Below are positions 19,788 to 29,742 of a stretch of DNA of 64,000 bases, one piece after another. The notes below the pieces were generated by a model. The model worked only from the letters and a program-made list of their open reading frames with translations, was not told the DNA's origin and ran no database searches. The number at the start of each line of letters is the position of its first letter. Position 1 is the first letter of the stretch. The translations under genes were made by a program, and so were the position numbers. This DNA is from an uncultured Actinomycetes bacterium (GTDB lineage Bacteria; Actinomycetota; Coriobacteriia; Anaerosomatales; Anaerosomataceae): assembly GCA_963700295.1 (NCBI GenBank), contig CAVOWY010000005.1:17405-81404 (forward strand), in the 5' to 3' direction.

Positions 19788-22529
19788 CTACTGGGTGACC
19801 TGCAGCGCAGTCTCGAGCACCGGCTTGGCCGCCGGCGCGGCCACCTGCCCGCCCACGCCCGCGTTCTCGAGCACGATCGCGATCGCCACGCGCGGCTCCT
19901 CCGCCGGTGCGAACGCGATGAACCAGGCGTGCGTCTCGACCGACTTGCCCGCCTCGGCGGTGCCGGTTTTGCCCGCGACCGTCACGCCGCTGATCTTCGC
20001 CCGCGTTCCCGAGCCGCTCTCCACCACGCTCACCATGATGTCGGTCACCCGCGCAGCGGTCGCGGCATCAATCGCGGTCCGCCACGTGCGCGGCGTGGTC
20101 GAGCTGAGGACCTCGCCCGCCCGATCCGTGACGGCGCTGATGACGTATGGCCGCATCACGTCTCCATCGTTGGCGATGCCCGATGCCACGAGCGCCATCT
20201 GGAGCGCGGTCACCTGCGGGCCGGGCGGGCTGTCATGCTCGCCCACCGGCTGACCCACACCTGCCCATGCCGTCTCCCACGTGGTCATCTCGGTGGGGTC
20301 GGGCATCAGCGAGGTGACACTCGGCAGGTCGAACGGCACCGGGCCGTTGATGCCGAACGCTTCGCTGCCCTCTACCAGCCGCTCGGCGCCCACGTCCACG
20401 GCGAGCTGTGCGAAGACCGTGTTGACCGAACTGGCGGTGGCCTTCCTGAGATCGATCGCGCCGTACGAGCTGCCGCCGTAGTTGGTGACGGGTGCTCCGC
20501 CGATCTCGATGCTCGCCGGCCCCGTGTAGGTCGTGCCTTCGGTCGCCACCCCGCTCTCAAGCGCGGCGGCGAGCGTCACGACCTTGTAGGTCGAGCCGGG
20601 CGGATAGAGGCTCATCGCCGCACGGTTCAGGAGCGCCGCGTTGGTGCTGTCCGAGGAGAGCGCCGCCCACTGGTCGTCCACGGCGCCCGGCGCGTACGCG
20701 GGGCTCGAGGCCATCGCGAGCACCGCGCCGGTGCGCGGGTCGAGCACCACGATCGCTCCGGTGCGGCCCGCGAGCGCGGCCTCGGCCGCAGCCTGGATGC
20801 GCGAGTCTATCGTGAGCCGGACGTCGTTTCCGGGCACCGGGGTGCCGGCGGCTGCTTCGATCATGTCGGCGAACGACGCGAAGTTGCTCTTGCCCGCAAG
20901 CGCCTCGTTGCCGGCGGCCTCCACGCCCGCGCGCCCGTAGCGGGTGGAGTAGTAGCCGAGCACGTGTGCCGCGAGCGATCCCTGCGGGTACTGCCGAACG
21001 TAGACGCTGCCGCTCTTCACCGACTCGGCGAGCACCACGCCGTCGGCCGAGATGATGGCGCCGCGCTCCTGGCGCATCTCGGCGGCCAGCCCCCGCGTGT
21101 TGGCGGGGTTCGCGGTGAGCGAGTCGGCCGCGATGGCCTGGACGTACGTGAGGTTGGCGGTGAGCGCGACCATCAGCGCGACCATGAGCCACGCCACCCC
21201 CGTGAGCCGCCTCGTGAGCGCGATGCGCCCGAGCAGCCCGGTGCCGCCGCTCACCACGATCTCGGTCTCGCTGCCGGTGCCGGTGTCGCCGGCGCGCATG
21301 AGCAGGCCGAGCAGGATGAAGTTCGAGAGTATCGAGCTGCCGCCGTAACTCACGAACGGGAGCGTGATGCCGGTGAGCGGGATGAGCCGCGTGACGCCGC
21401 CGATGATCACGAACGCCTGCAGGCCGAAGGTGGCGACAAGCCCGGTCGCGGCGAGGGCCGCGACGTCCGAGCGTGCCCGCGACGCGGTTGCGAGGCCGCG
21501 CAGGCAGAAGGCGAGGTAGGCGATGATGAGCGCCGCTCCGGCGAGCAGGCCGAGCTCCTCGGCGATGGCGGTGAAGATGAAGTCGGTCTCGACGAAGGGG
21601 ATGCGTCCGGGGAGCCCGCGCCCGATGCCCACGCCGAGCACGCGTCCGGCGGCGAGCGCGAACAGCGACTGCGCGAGCTGATACCCGCGCCCCGCCACGT
21701 CGGCGAACGGGTCGAGCCATATGGAGATGCGTTGCTGCACGTGGTCGAACGCGAGGTACGCGCCCGTGGCGCCCACAGCGAACAGCCCCATACCCACCGC
21801 GATGTAACCCGGACGGCCGGTCGCCGCATAGAGCATCACGAGGAACACACCGAAGAACAGCAGGCTCGAGCCGAGGTCCTTCTCGGCCACGAGCACGATC
21901 AGGCTCACCGCCCACATGACGAGCAGCGGTCCGAGATGCTTCGCAGGCGGCAGCCACATGCCGAGGGTGCGTTTCGTGCTCACCGAGAGCACCTCGCGCT
22001 TCTCGGCGAGGTACGCGGCGAGGAAGAGCACGATGAGTACCTTGGCGATCTCGGCGGGCTGGAAGGAGAACCCGGCGAAGCGCAGCCACAGCTTGGCACC
22101 GTTGACCTCCACGCCCACCAGTGCCGGCAGGACCAGCAGCACGATGCCGCCGAGCGCGATGGTGTACTTGAAGCGCGCGAGGCGCTCCAGCGAGGGCACG
22201 AGCACGAGCACTGCCGCGAGCGCGACCACGCCGGCAAGCACCCACAGCACCTGACTCGCAGCGAGCTCGGCGTCCAGGCGCGTTATGGTGGCGAGCCCGA
22301 CGCCGGTGAGCAGGAAGGCGATCGGGAGAAGGGACGGGTCGGCGCCGCGCGCGAGGTAGCGCGCGGCTGCGTGGGCGCCCAGGAAGCAGACGAGGAGTCC
22401 GACGGGGACGGTGATGTCGCTCCAGGTGAGCGTGGAGCCCTGTGCGCCGTGGACGAGCACAAAGTAGAGCACCACCACGGGAGCGGCGGAGAGCAGCAGG
22501 AGGAGCTCGGTGTCACGTCGGCTGCGCAT
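19788..22529 (-). CDS. SEDS protein (RodA/FtsW) and class B PBP (PbpA-like transpeptidase) as one 913-aa in-frame ORF
   Basis: N-terminal ~470 aa is a polytopic FtsW/RodA-like protein. From the TM helix RRLTGVAWLMVALMV onward the sequence is PBP dimerisation plus transpeptidase (SxxK in PGSTYKV, KTGTAE). No stop codon separates the two parts. Confidence 0.8.
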   Translation of the reverse strand: MRSRRDTELLLLLSAAPVVVLYFVLVHGAQGSTLTWSDITVPVGLLVCFLGAHAAARYLARGADPSLLPIAFLLTGVGLATITRLDAELAASQVLWVLAGVVALAAVLVLVPSLERLARFKYTIALGGIVLLVLPALVGVEVNGAKLWLRFAGFSFQPAEIAKVLIVLFLAAYLAEKREVLSVSTKRTLGMWLPPAKHLGPLLVMWAVSLIVLVAEKDLGSSLLFFGVFLVMLYAATGRPGYIAVGMGLFAVGATGAYLAFDHVQQRISIWLDPFADVAGRGYQLAQSLFALAAGRVLGVGIGRGLPGRIPFVETDFIFTAIAEELGLLAGAALIIAYLAFCLRGLATASRARSDVAALAATGLVATFGLQAFVIIGGVTRLIPLTGITLPFVSYGGSSILSNFILLGLLMRAGDTGTGSETEIVVSGGTGLLGRIALTRRLTGVAWLMVALMVALTANLTYVQAIAADSLTANPANTRGLAAEMRQERGAIISADGVVLAESVKSGSVYVRQYPQGSLAAHVLGYYSTRYGRAGVEAAGNEALAGKSNFASFADMIEAAAGTPVPGNDVRLTIDSRIQAAAEAALAGRTGAIVVLDPRTGAVLAMASSPAYAPGAVDDQWAALSSDSTNAALLNRAAMSLYPPGSTYKVVTLAAALESGVATEGTTYTGPASIEIGGAPVTNYGGSSYGAIDLRKATASSVNTVFAQLAVDVGAERLVEGSEAFGINGPVPFDLPSVTSLMPDPTEMTTWETAWAGVGQPVGEHDSPPGPQVTALQMALVASGIANDGDVMRPYVISAVTDRAGEVLSSTTPRTWRTAIDAATAARVTDIMVSVVESGSGTRAKISGVTVAGKTGTAEAGKSVETHAWFIAFAPAEEPRVAIAIVLENAGVGGQVAAPAAKPVLETALQVTQ

Positions 22530-22537
22530 GGGCGGCC

Positions 22538-23623
22538 TCAGGGTGCGGGGGTGGGCGTGGACTCCGCCGCGACCCGCGCCCGGTACCCGTCAAGCAGCGC
22601 GCGGGCCGCATCGAGCCCGTCGACCCGGATCCCCTCGGCAAGGCGGTTGGCGGTGATGGCGTCGAGGGAGGAGACCGGAAGCGTGGTCTCTTCCGAGAGC
22701 CAGCTCAGCTTGATGCCTGCGAGGCTTCCCGGCACACCTTCGTAGACGGCCACCACGCCGTTCTCCGAGATGAGGTACGCCTGCGAGCGCGCGTAGGAGT
22801 CGGCGGCCCATGCGGCGGTGGCCACGACCGCGACCACTGCGAGCAGCCACAGTGCGCGCAGACCCCAGCGCGGTCCGCCCGGCTGTCGCGTCGGCTGGCC
22901 GTGCGTCGGTCGGCCGATGTCGACGACCACCGCGGTGACGTTGTCGTGCCCGCCCGCGGCGAGCGCACGGTCGACAAGCGCGTCCACGGCGTCTTTCGGC
23001 GTGGGCTCCGAAGCGAGCACCCGGCCGATGTCGTCATCGGTGACCATGCTGGTCAGCCCGTCGGTGGCGAGCAGCAGGCGGTCTCCTTCGGCCGCCTGCA
23101 CGTCGTACGAGTCGGCGAGCATGTTGGGATCGCTTCCGAGCGCGCGCGTGATCACGCTGCGGTTCGGGTGATGACGCGACTCCTCGGCGGTGAGCTGTCC
23201 CGAACGCACGAGGTCGGCCACCATCGAGTGGTCCTGCGTGATCTGCTCGAGCGTGCCGAGGTGCAGCAGGTAGGCGCGGCTATCGCCCACGTGTGCGAGT
23301 GCGATGCGCGTGCCTTCGATCATCGCGGCGGTGAGCGTCGTGCCCATGCCGCTGCGCCCGCGGCCGATCTCGGCCGCCTCGATCACGGCGGCGTTTGCGC
23401 GACGGACCGCGCGTCCGAGTGCCTTGGAGTCCGCGGTCCGGGGGGCGTTCTCGAGCAGCTCGTCGATCGCGATCGAACTTGCGATCTCGCCCGCCTGATG
23501 CCCGCCGAGGCCGTCGGCCACCGCGAAGAGCGGGGGCGCCACCAGGAAGGCGTCCTCGTTGTCGGTGCGGACGAGCCCGACGTGGCTGTCGCCCGCAAAT
23601 CCCTCAGCATGCCGCGCGCTCAC
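22538..23623 (-). CDS. pstP: PP2C-family Ser/Thr phosphatase (PstP-like) with a C-terminal TM and extracellular segment
   Basis: FAVADGLGGH, GDSRAYL, LLATDGL, GGHDNVT motifs. Confidence 0.85.
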   Translation of the reverse strand: MSARHAEGFAGDSHVGLVRTDNEDAFLVAPPLFAVADGLGGHQAGEIASSIAIDELLENAPRTADSKALGRAVRRANAAVIEAAEIGRGRSGMGTTLTAAMIEGTRIALAHVGDSRAYLLHLGTLEQITQDHSMVADLVRSGQLTAEESRHHPNRSVITRALGSDPNMLADSYDVQAAEGDRLLLATDGLTSMVTDDDIGRVLASEPTPKDAVDALVDRALAAGGHDNVTAVVVDIGRPTHGQPTRQPGGPRWGLRALWLLAVVAVVATAAWAADSYARSQAYLISENGVVAVYEGVPGSLAGIKLSWLSEETTLPVSSLDAITANRLAEGIRVDGLDAARALLDGYRARVAAESTPTPAP

Positions 23624-24036
23624 AGACGCACCACCTCAAGACGGTTCTGGCCGAGTTCGATCACGTCGCCTGCCGCGAGCGGCAGCGGGCGCGTGGCGGG
23701 CTGGCCGTTGACGAGCGTGCCATTGGTCGAGCCGAGGTCCTCAAGCACGTGACCGTCATCAGTCGGCACGATCTTGGCGTGGGTCGAGGAGACGAAGTCG
23801 TCCGCGATCACGAGGTCCGCGTCGGGCGAGCGGCCGATGATGACGGGGCCTGCGAGGGGGATCGAGATGCCGGTGATCTCCTTCGGCCCGCGCACCACCC
23901 GTACTGCGAGGCCCCTGCGGACGTTCTTGGCCTTGCCACCCACCATTCCGATGCCGGTCTTCACCGCGGCGAAGAGGAACAGGTACAGCAGCGCTATCAG
24001 CACGATGCGTCCGAAGAGGAGTGCGACGTCGACCAT
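23620..24036 (-). CDS. fhaB: FHA-domain membrane protein (FhaB/FipA-like)
   Basis: N-terminal TM helix, C-terminal FHA domain (GRSPDADLVI..SSTHAKI..GSTNGTLVNG). Confidence 0.8.
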   Translation of the reverse strand: MVDVALLFGRIVLIALLYLFLFAAVKTGIGMVGGKAKNVRRGLAVRVVRGPKEITGISIPLAGPVIIGRSPDADLVIADDFVSSTHAKIVPTDDGHVLEDLGSTNGTLVNGQPATRPLPLAAGDVIELGQNRLEVVRL

Positions 24037-24040
24037 GGCC

Positions 24041-24754
24041 TCAGCCCTTCGGCGCGTGATACACGAGGCGGGTCAGGCCGATCTCGACCACGTCGCCGTC
24101 AGCAAGGCGCACGCGTTCGATCGGGCGGCCGTTCACGCGCGTCCCATTCGTTGAGCCGAGGTCGGTGATCGCCCAACCGTCGTCGAGTCGGATGAATGCG
24201 GCGTGGCGACGCGAGACGTTCGCGTCGTGGAGCTGGACCTGACATTCGGCGAGCCTGCCCACCGTCACCTCATCGCCGCCGAGCGCCACGTCGTGGTCGA
24301 TGTCGCCGACCGTGACGGTCGCCAGGTCGCTCGCGCCTGAGGGTGCGTCGGGGAGGCGCACAGCCGGGCCCTCGTCGTGCTCGTCGACCACGGCAAGTGC
24401 CGCGCTCACGCGGAATCTTCCGAGCTTGAGGTCGTCATGGACGGCGAAGCTGACCAGCGGGCGTATGGGCAACAGGTAACCCTGCTCCCGCGCGTGATCG
24501 ACGAGGTAGGTGGCAAGCTCGCCCGCAAGCACCGGCTTGAACGTGCCGAGTGCCTCGCTGTCCTCCGGCGAGAGGGCGACGGTGAACGAGGTCGGAGCGT
24601 AGACGGTTCCCACGCCGAGCACGCGGCCGTCGTCTGCGGCGCGGGTGAGCGCACGCGCGATCTCGACGGGCTGCACGGGCGAGCGGAACGCGCCCGCGAA
24701 CAGGCCCTCGATACCGGATGCGATGCGATCTTCAAAGTCGGAGAGGATGCCCAT
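24041..24754 (-). CDS. fhaA: FhaA-like protein (DUF3662 N-domain plus C-terminal FHA)
   Basis: MGILSDFEDRIASGIEGLF N-terminus, FHA motifs (VSRRHAAF..GSTNGTRVNG). Confidence 0.75.
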   Translation of the reverse strand: MGILSDFEDRIASGIEGLFAGAFRSPVQPVEIARALTRAADDGRVLGVGTVYAPTSFTVALSPEDSEALGTFKPVLAGELATYLVDHAREQGYLLPIRPLVSFAVHDDLKLGRFRVSAALAVVDEHDEGPAVRLPDAPSGASDLATVTVGDIDHDVALGGDEVTVGRLAECQVQLHDANVSRRHAAFIRLDDGWAITDLGSTNGTRVNGRPIERVRLADGDVVEIGLTRLVYHAPKG

Positions 24755-24872
24755 GTGCCTGCGCAAACGTCGGCGACGTGCCAGCGGACACTCAATGATA
24801 GCAGGGGGCGCACCGTGGCCGCTCAGGCGTCAGCGTGCCGTTGCATGTCCAACGAGCGCGAGAGGTCTGCCG

Positions 24873-26588
24873 CTACTCCTCCTCGGGCCGCGTGGGCGCG
24901 CCGAGTGCGACGACCACGAGCGCAAGCCCGACGCCGAGCGTGAGGTCGAGCGCGAAGGCCTCGGGGCCGAACGAGTGGCTGAGCCAGCTCCACGCAACGT
25001 ACCCGCCGAGGAGCGCGGCGCCGCCTGCGAGCACACCGGCGAACGCGCCCGCGCGCGTGGCGCGTCGGCAGCCCAGCGAGGTGAGCGCGCCGGCGAGCAT
25101 CCACGCGAGGACCATGATGCCCGTTCCGGGGGTGAGCAGGCGCGAGACAGGGTCGGTCGCCACCGGCGCCAGTTGCAGCGGGTCGCTCAGGAAGTGCCAG
25201 CACACCGAGAGCAGCGGCGGCCACGCGCCGGACATGACCGCCGCGGCCATCACGGCGAGCGCCGTGACGCCGGAGGTCAGCGCGGCCACGATCGGCGGAT
25301 ACGCGAAGCCGAGCAGCAACGGCGCGGCCGGCGCGGCATGGATCACCCCGAGCACCGGTCCGATGACTGGCGCGAACGCGTCGGTTCGGCCCGCGCGCCC
25401 GCGCGCTGCCCAGAAGGCGGCGAGGACGAGGCCGATCACGAGTCCCGGCACCCAGCCGAGCGCGATCGCCGCGCCCACCGCGAAGAGTCCGAACCCGAGC
25501 GCGGCACCGAGCCCTGGCGCGAGCGCCGCTGCAAGCGCGACCACCACGGCTCCGGCGATACGGGCGGGCCGGTCGAGCCCGAAGCCCTCGATGGCGGAGT
25601 ACGCGAGCCATGCCGACGCGATCGCGGCTATCGCGCGCCTGGCCGTGTCCGCGTGTGGCGCAAGCCGGTCCCAGAGCCCGAGGGGCTCATAATCGGCCTC
25701 CTCGTCTGCCTCATCGGTCCCGAGCAGTCCGTCGACTACCTCCGCCAGCGACTCGCGTCCGGCCTCGGGGTTGCCGAGGTGGGGCAGCAGCGCCCCGGCG
25801 AATGCGGTCGCACTCTCGTAGCGATCGAACGGGTCGGCGGCGAGCCCGGCCACGAGCACGTCGTCGACCGCCCGGGGGAGGTCCGGCTCGAACTCGGAGG
25901 GTGCGGGGAGATCGGCCACGTCGATCTTGAACAGCGATCCCTCGGCGGTCTCCGCGTCGAACGGGTTGGCATTCGTGAGCACCTCGAAGGCGAGTGTCGC
26001 AAGCGCCCACCCGTCGGTGCGTTCGTCGAGCGCCTGCCGACGCAGCTGCTCTGGTGGCATGTAGCCGATGGTGCCTGCTGTGCCGGATGCCCGGCCGGTG
26101 ATGTCGGTGAGGGCCGAGACGCCAAAGTCCGCCACCTTCACGTGACCGTCGCGGGTGACGATCACGTTGGCGGGCTTGAGATCGAGGTGTAGGACGCCGT
26201 TGGCGTGTGCGAACGCGAGCGCGGCCGACACGCCGGCGACGATGGCTGCCGCCTCGTCGAGCGTGAACGGTTCGTCGGTGGTGTCGAGGATCTCGGCAAG
26301 CGAGGCGCCGTCGAGGTGCTCCATGACGATGAACGCCTCGTCGTCGTCCGTGTCCCATTCGTGCACCGTGACGATGTTCGGGTGGTTGAGCATCGCGGCG
26401 GTGCGTGCCTCGGCAAGCCCGGTGCGCGCGAGCGCGCGTCCGGCGGCGTCGAGAGGACGTGGCAACCGCTTGATCGCCACGCGACGCGCCATCTTGGTGT
26501 CGAATGCGAGGACGACCGAGCCGTGCCCTCCCGCGCCGAGATCGGCGAGGGGCCGATACCGATCGAGGATGAGCGGCGCCTCCACCAC
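24873..26588 (-). CDS. Ser/Thr protein kinase with a long polytopic membrane C-terminal region
   Basis: Kinase motifs (GAGGHGSVV, VAIKRL, HLDLKPANVIV, DFG, GTIGYMPPE) then ~250 aa of Ala/Gly/Leu-rich TM helices. GTG start 1 nt after the FKBP stop; the supplied ORF over-extends upstream. Confidence 0.7.
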   Translation of the reverse strand: MVEAPLILDRYRPLADLGAGGHGSVVLAFDTKMARRVAIKRLPRPLDAAGRALARTGLAEARTAAMLNHPNIVTVHEWDTDDDEAFIVMEHLDGASLAEILDTTDEPFTLDEAAAIVAGVSAALAFAHANGVLHLDLKPANVIVTRDGHVKVADFGVSALTDITGRASGTAGTIGYMPPEQLRRQALDERTDGWALATLAFEVLTNANPFDAETAEGSLFKIDVADLPAPSEFEPDLPRAVDDVLVAGLAADPFDRYESATAFAGALLPHLGNPEAGRESLAEVVDGLLGTDEADEEADYEPLGLWDRLAPHADTARRAIAAIASAWLAYSAIEGFGLDRPARIAGAVVVALAAALAPGLGAALGFGLFAVGAAIALGWVPGLVIGLVLAAFWAARGRAGRTDAFAPVIGPVLGVIHAAPAAPLLLGFAYPPIVAALTSGVTALAVMAAAVMSGAWPPLLSVCWHFLSDPLQLAPVATDPVSRLLTPGTGIMVLAWMLAGALTSLGCRRATRAGAFAGVLAGGAALLGGYVAWSWLSHSFGPEAFALDLTLGVGLALVVVALGAPTRPEEE

Positions 26589-26589
26589 G

Positions 26590-27018
26590 CTATCGGCCGA
26601 CGATCTCCACGAGGCTGAGCTCGAACGTGAGGTCCTGGCCGGAGAGCGGATGGTTGAAGTCGAGGACGACATGGTCGTCGAGGACCTCGGAGACGGTCGC
26701 CGCCATCTGCTGACCATCGGGACTCTGCACCCCGATGACCATGCCCACCTCGGGCTCCATGTCCTCGAAGACATCGATCGGCACGTTCTGGAACGCCTCC
26801 GGATGGCGCTCGCCGTAGGCCTCATCCGAAGGGATGGTGACCGTTGTCGATTCGCCCACGACAAGTCCTGCTACCGCGGCCTCGAAGCCGGGGATCACGG
26901 ACTCCTCGCCGAGCGTGAACGTGAGCGGGTCGCGCCCTGCGCTGCTGTCGAACTCCGATCCGTCGGACAGCGTGCCCCGGTAGTGCACGCGAACGGTCTC
27001 GCCGGTTTGTGGATTCAC
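26590..27018 (-). CDS. FKBP-type peptidyl-prolyl cis-trans isomerase
   Basis: VHYRGTLSDGSEFDSS..., GLVVGE. Confidence 0.85.
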   Translation of the reverse strand: MNPQTGETVRVHYRGTLSDGSEFDSSAGRDPLTFTLGEESVIPGFEAAVAGLVVGESTTVTIPSDEAYGERHPEAFQNVPIDVFEDMEPEVGMVIGVQSPDGQQMAATVSEVLDDHVVLDFNHPLSGQDLTFELSLVEIVGR

Positions 27019-27093
27019 GGTGTTGCTCTCCTGTCTGAACGGTGCGGTTCAGCCCACACTCTACCGCACGCGGCACCCCTGCGGGGCGACGCG

Positions 27094-27513
27094 TCACGAG
27101 TGGCGCTCAGCGCTCGACAAGCTCCATAGCCTCGGCCACGTAAGCGGCGGCCAGTACGCCGGATCGCCGTGGATCGCGGGGTCCCAGACGCCCTCGAGGT
27201 CGATCTGCCATGCCTGGCGCAGCGCCGAGTAGCAGTCGAGTGCGGAGGTCACTGCGTGTTCGATGCGGTTGTCGGCAGGATTGCGGACTGCCAGTGCACG
27301 TTGCGTCGCTAGTGCCGTGCGCAGCGATGCGCTGAACTCCGCGTAGTCCGCATCGCCTTCCAGGGTCGCATCGATCTCGGCCACGGCCACGGTCATCCGG
27401 CGCGCGTTGGTCCCCGGTTTGGCGATCCCGAGCTCTACCGAGTAGGCCGCCAGGAGCACCACGGAGACGAGGACGACCGCAGCCTTCCTGCCTGTCCTGG
27501 CCGAGCGTGCCAC
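27094..27513 (-). CDS. Hypothetical secreted or membrane-anchored protein; C-terminus may be frameshifted
   Basis: N-terminal TM (AAVVLVSVVLLAAY). An overlapping alternative frame continues the 3' end. Confidence 0.3.
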   Translation of the reverse strand: MARSARTGRKAAVVLVSVVLLAAYSVELGIAKPGTNARRMTVAVAEIDATLEGDADYAEFSASLRTALATQRALAVRNPADNRIEHAVTSALDCYSALRQAWQIDLEGVWDPAIHGDPAYWPPLTWPRLWSLSSAERHS

Positions 27514-27546
27514 CTACAGGCCCCTTCGCCGATTCCTGCTGGTAGT

Positions 27547-28049
27547 ATGCGAAAGGTGCACGTGCATACGCAGGAATCGGAGGACGGCATGGGGCTGGGG
27601 CAGGCACCGCACGCGGCTGACGCGCCGGTCGCGGTTCCCGCGAAGTCGCGCCGGGCGCCCTGGGCATTCGTGGCCGTGGTGGCCGCTGTGTGCCTCGGCG
27701 GAGGCATGCTGTTCGGCTACTCGTTGGCGCAGTTCGATGTGCGCGACGCGCGCGCCGAGGTGACGGCGGCGCGTGAGAGCCTCGACCTCCTCGCTGAGGC
27801 ACACGAGACGCTGCACGAGCGCAACTGGATTCTGTACGAGGAGGCGTGGGGACCGACATCGAGCCCGGAACCTATCGCGGTGAGGTCACCGGCGAGTGGG
27901 GCTACTGGGCGCGTCTTTCCAACACGTCGGGCATGATCTCCGGCATCCTCAGCAATGCGGTCGTACGCGGCCCGTTCGAGCTCACCGTCCTGCCGAGCGA
28001 CACAGCGGTCGAGCTGCGCGGCGTGACGCTCACGGCCGGGGCGGACTGA
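27547..28049 (+). CDS. Hypothetical membrane-anchored protein, apparently split by one frameshift near 27850
   Basis: Two adjacent ORFs (27547.. and 27846..) read like a single protein. Confidence 0.3.
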
Positions 28050-29358
28050 CCACCCGCACGAGCTCGCGCGCGGCCCGTCGCGCGATTCGCAGAGGCAGCC
28101 GAAGGGCGGCCGCACGCCGCATCGCCCTGAGCCTGCGGGCGCGCTTGACGTGCTCGGCACCCGCGAGGTCGTAGGTCCGCGCGAACTCCTCGAGCTGCTT
28201 GAACGCACCGCCCTCGAGGTGCGCGGCGCGGCGTGCGTCCATGTCCGCCGCAGCCTGGCGGCCGATCCTGGCCCGGAGTTCGGGGTCTCCGGCGAGCCGG
28301 ACCATCCACTCGGCAGCGCGATCCACGCTCGGCTCGGCCCAGCGCGCGCCGCCGCCGGTCTGCGCATCCTGGTAGTCGTGGTGGAGCGCCTCAACCGGTA
28401 TCAGCTCGAAGTCGACGAGCGCCGCGTTCTCGGCCGTGGTGAAATCCATGCTGCCCGAGTATGCGGTGGCGATGACCGGCTTGCCGAGCGACATCGCCTC
28501 CATGAGCACCAGCCCGAGGCCCTCGGCACGATGGAGCGAGACGAAGACGTCGCTCGAGGCGTACAGGCACAGTGCGTCGCGGTAGGTGAGCTGCTCCTCG
28601 ATGAGTGTGACGCGCGGGTCGGTTGCGGCGATGGCGTCAAGTTCGTCCACGAGCGATGCGTACGCCGGGTCCACGCGCGCGTTGCTGAGCTTCACGAGGA
28701 GCCGCACACGGTCGCCTCCACCGGCCGGAAACGCCTGCTGGAACGCCCGGATCCCGGCCCACGGGTTCTTCCGGCGCATGTCACTCGTCACGTCGAACGC
28801 CGAGAAGAAGACGGTCTCGTCGTCGGCAAGGCCCCACCGCGCGCGGTTCGGCGCCACGTCGTCAGGCAGGTAGACGGCGGTGTACACGCGCATCAGCGGC
28901 AGGTCGGGGAGCGCCGCGCGCACCGTTTCGGCGACGAACTCGCTCGAGGCCAGCACCACGTCCATCATCTCGAAGCCTTCGCGCCACGCCGGGGGCAGAA
29001 CGTCGAGCTCCCAGTTGGGCAGCATCACGTTGATGCGCTTCTCGAACGGCACGGTGAGCCACTCGCGCTGGATGAGTGTCTTCAGTGTGAGCGGACCGAA
29101 GCCGAACAGGTTGATCGCGTACGGCTGGCTTCGGTTGGACGCGATGTAGAGGTCCTCGTACGTACCGTCGTGGCCGCTTCGGCTGTCGCCGGTCTCGAAG
29201 TTGCGCACCGCCACCCGGTGGCCGCCCGCCAGCAGCACGCGGATCGTGCTGCGCAGCACGACGGCCTCACCGAAGTTGCCGGACGCGCAGCCCATCACGT
29301 TGAAGCCGAATGGGGGTTTGGACGGCACGCAGACCTCCGGGTCGCGGGAGCGGCGCAT
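28030..29358 (-). CDS. GT4-family glycosyltransferase
   Basis: LHRAEGLGLVLMEAMSLGKPVIATAYSG (EX7E region). N-terminal start uncertain. Confidence 0.7.
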   Translation of the reverse strand: MRRSRDPEVCVPSKPPFGFNVMGCASGNFGEAVVLRSTIRVLLAGGHRVAVRNFETGDSRSGHDGTYEDLYIASNRSQPYAINLFGFGPLTLKTLIQREWLTVPFEKRINVMLPNWELDVLPPAWREGFEMMDVVLASSEFVAETVRAALPDLPLMRVYTAVYLPDDVAPNRARWGLADDETVFFSAFDVTSDMRRKNPWAGIRAFQQAFPAGGGDRVRLLVKLSNARVDPAYASLVDELDAIAATDPRVTLIEEQLTYRDALCLYASSDVFVSLHRAEGLGLVLMEAMSLGKPVIATAYSGSMDFTTAENAALVDFELIPVEALHHDYQDAQTGGGARWAEPSVDRAAEWMVRLAGDPELRARIGRQAAADMDARRAAHLEGGAFKQLEEFARTYDLAGAEHVKRARRLRAMRRAAALRLPLRIARRAARELVRVVSPPRP

Positions 29359-29491
29359 CGCCGCTACTCGAATCGGTATCGTATCACCCCGTCCGTACCG
29401 CCCGCGACAGAGCGTCGCTGCTGCTCACGGTACGTGCGCCACCATCTTCCCCCTGCTTGTGCGGCTGTGGTAATCTTCTCAGGCACCACAC

Positions 29492-29577
29492 GCGGGTGTG
29501 GCGGAATGGCAGACGCGCATGGTTCAGGTCCATGTGGGGGCAACCCCGTGAAGGTTCAACTCCTTTCACCCGCACCA
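29492..29577 (+). tRNA. tRNA-Leu (anticodon CAG), long variable arm, CCA encoded
   Basis: Acceptor GCGGGTG/CACCCGC, anticodon stem CATGG/CCATG with loop TTCAGGT, variable arm TGGGGGCAACCCCGT, T-loop TTCAACT. Confidence 0.75.
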
Positions 29578-29742
29578 GAGCTATCGAACGACTTCACAGC
29601 TGCCGCTGCGGAGTCGTTCTTGCTTCTCCGTCCGGCGCGCCGAGGCTCGCCCGCGGGAGGTTGGCGCAGGTGGGGTAGTGTCCGGGTAGTGGCGCCAAGC
29701 GCGGCGCCGGACGCACCCGGATCCGTAGAGGGGGCATCGGCG

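Noticed and set aside
19929-22745. 938-aa plus-strand ORF antisense to rodA-pbpA-pstP
   Set aside because: No domain-like sequence and extreme Arg/Gly/Asp/His bias. A GC artefact.
29384-29575. 63-aa minus-strand ORF
   Set aside because: Overlaps tRNA-Leu(CAG).
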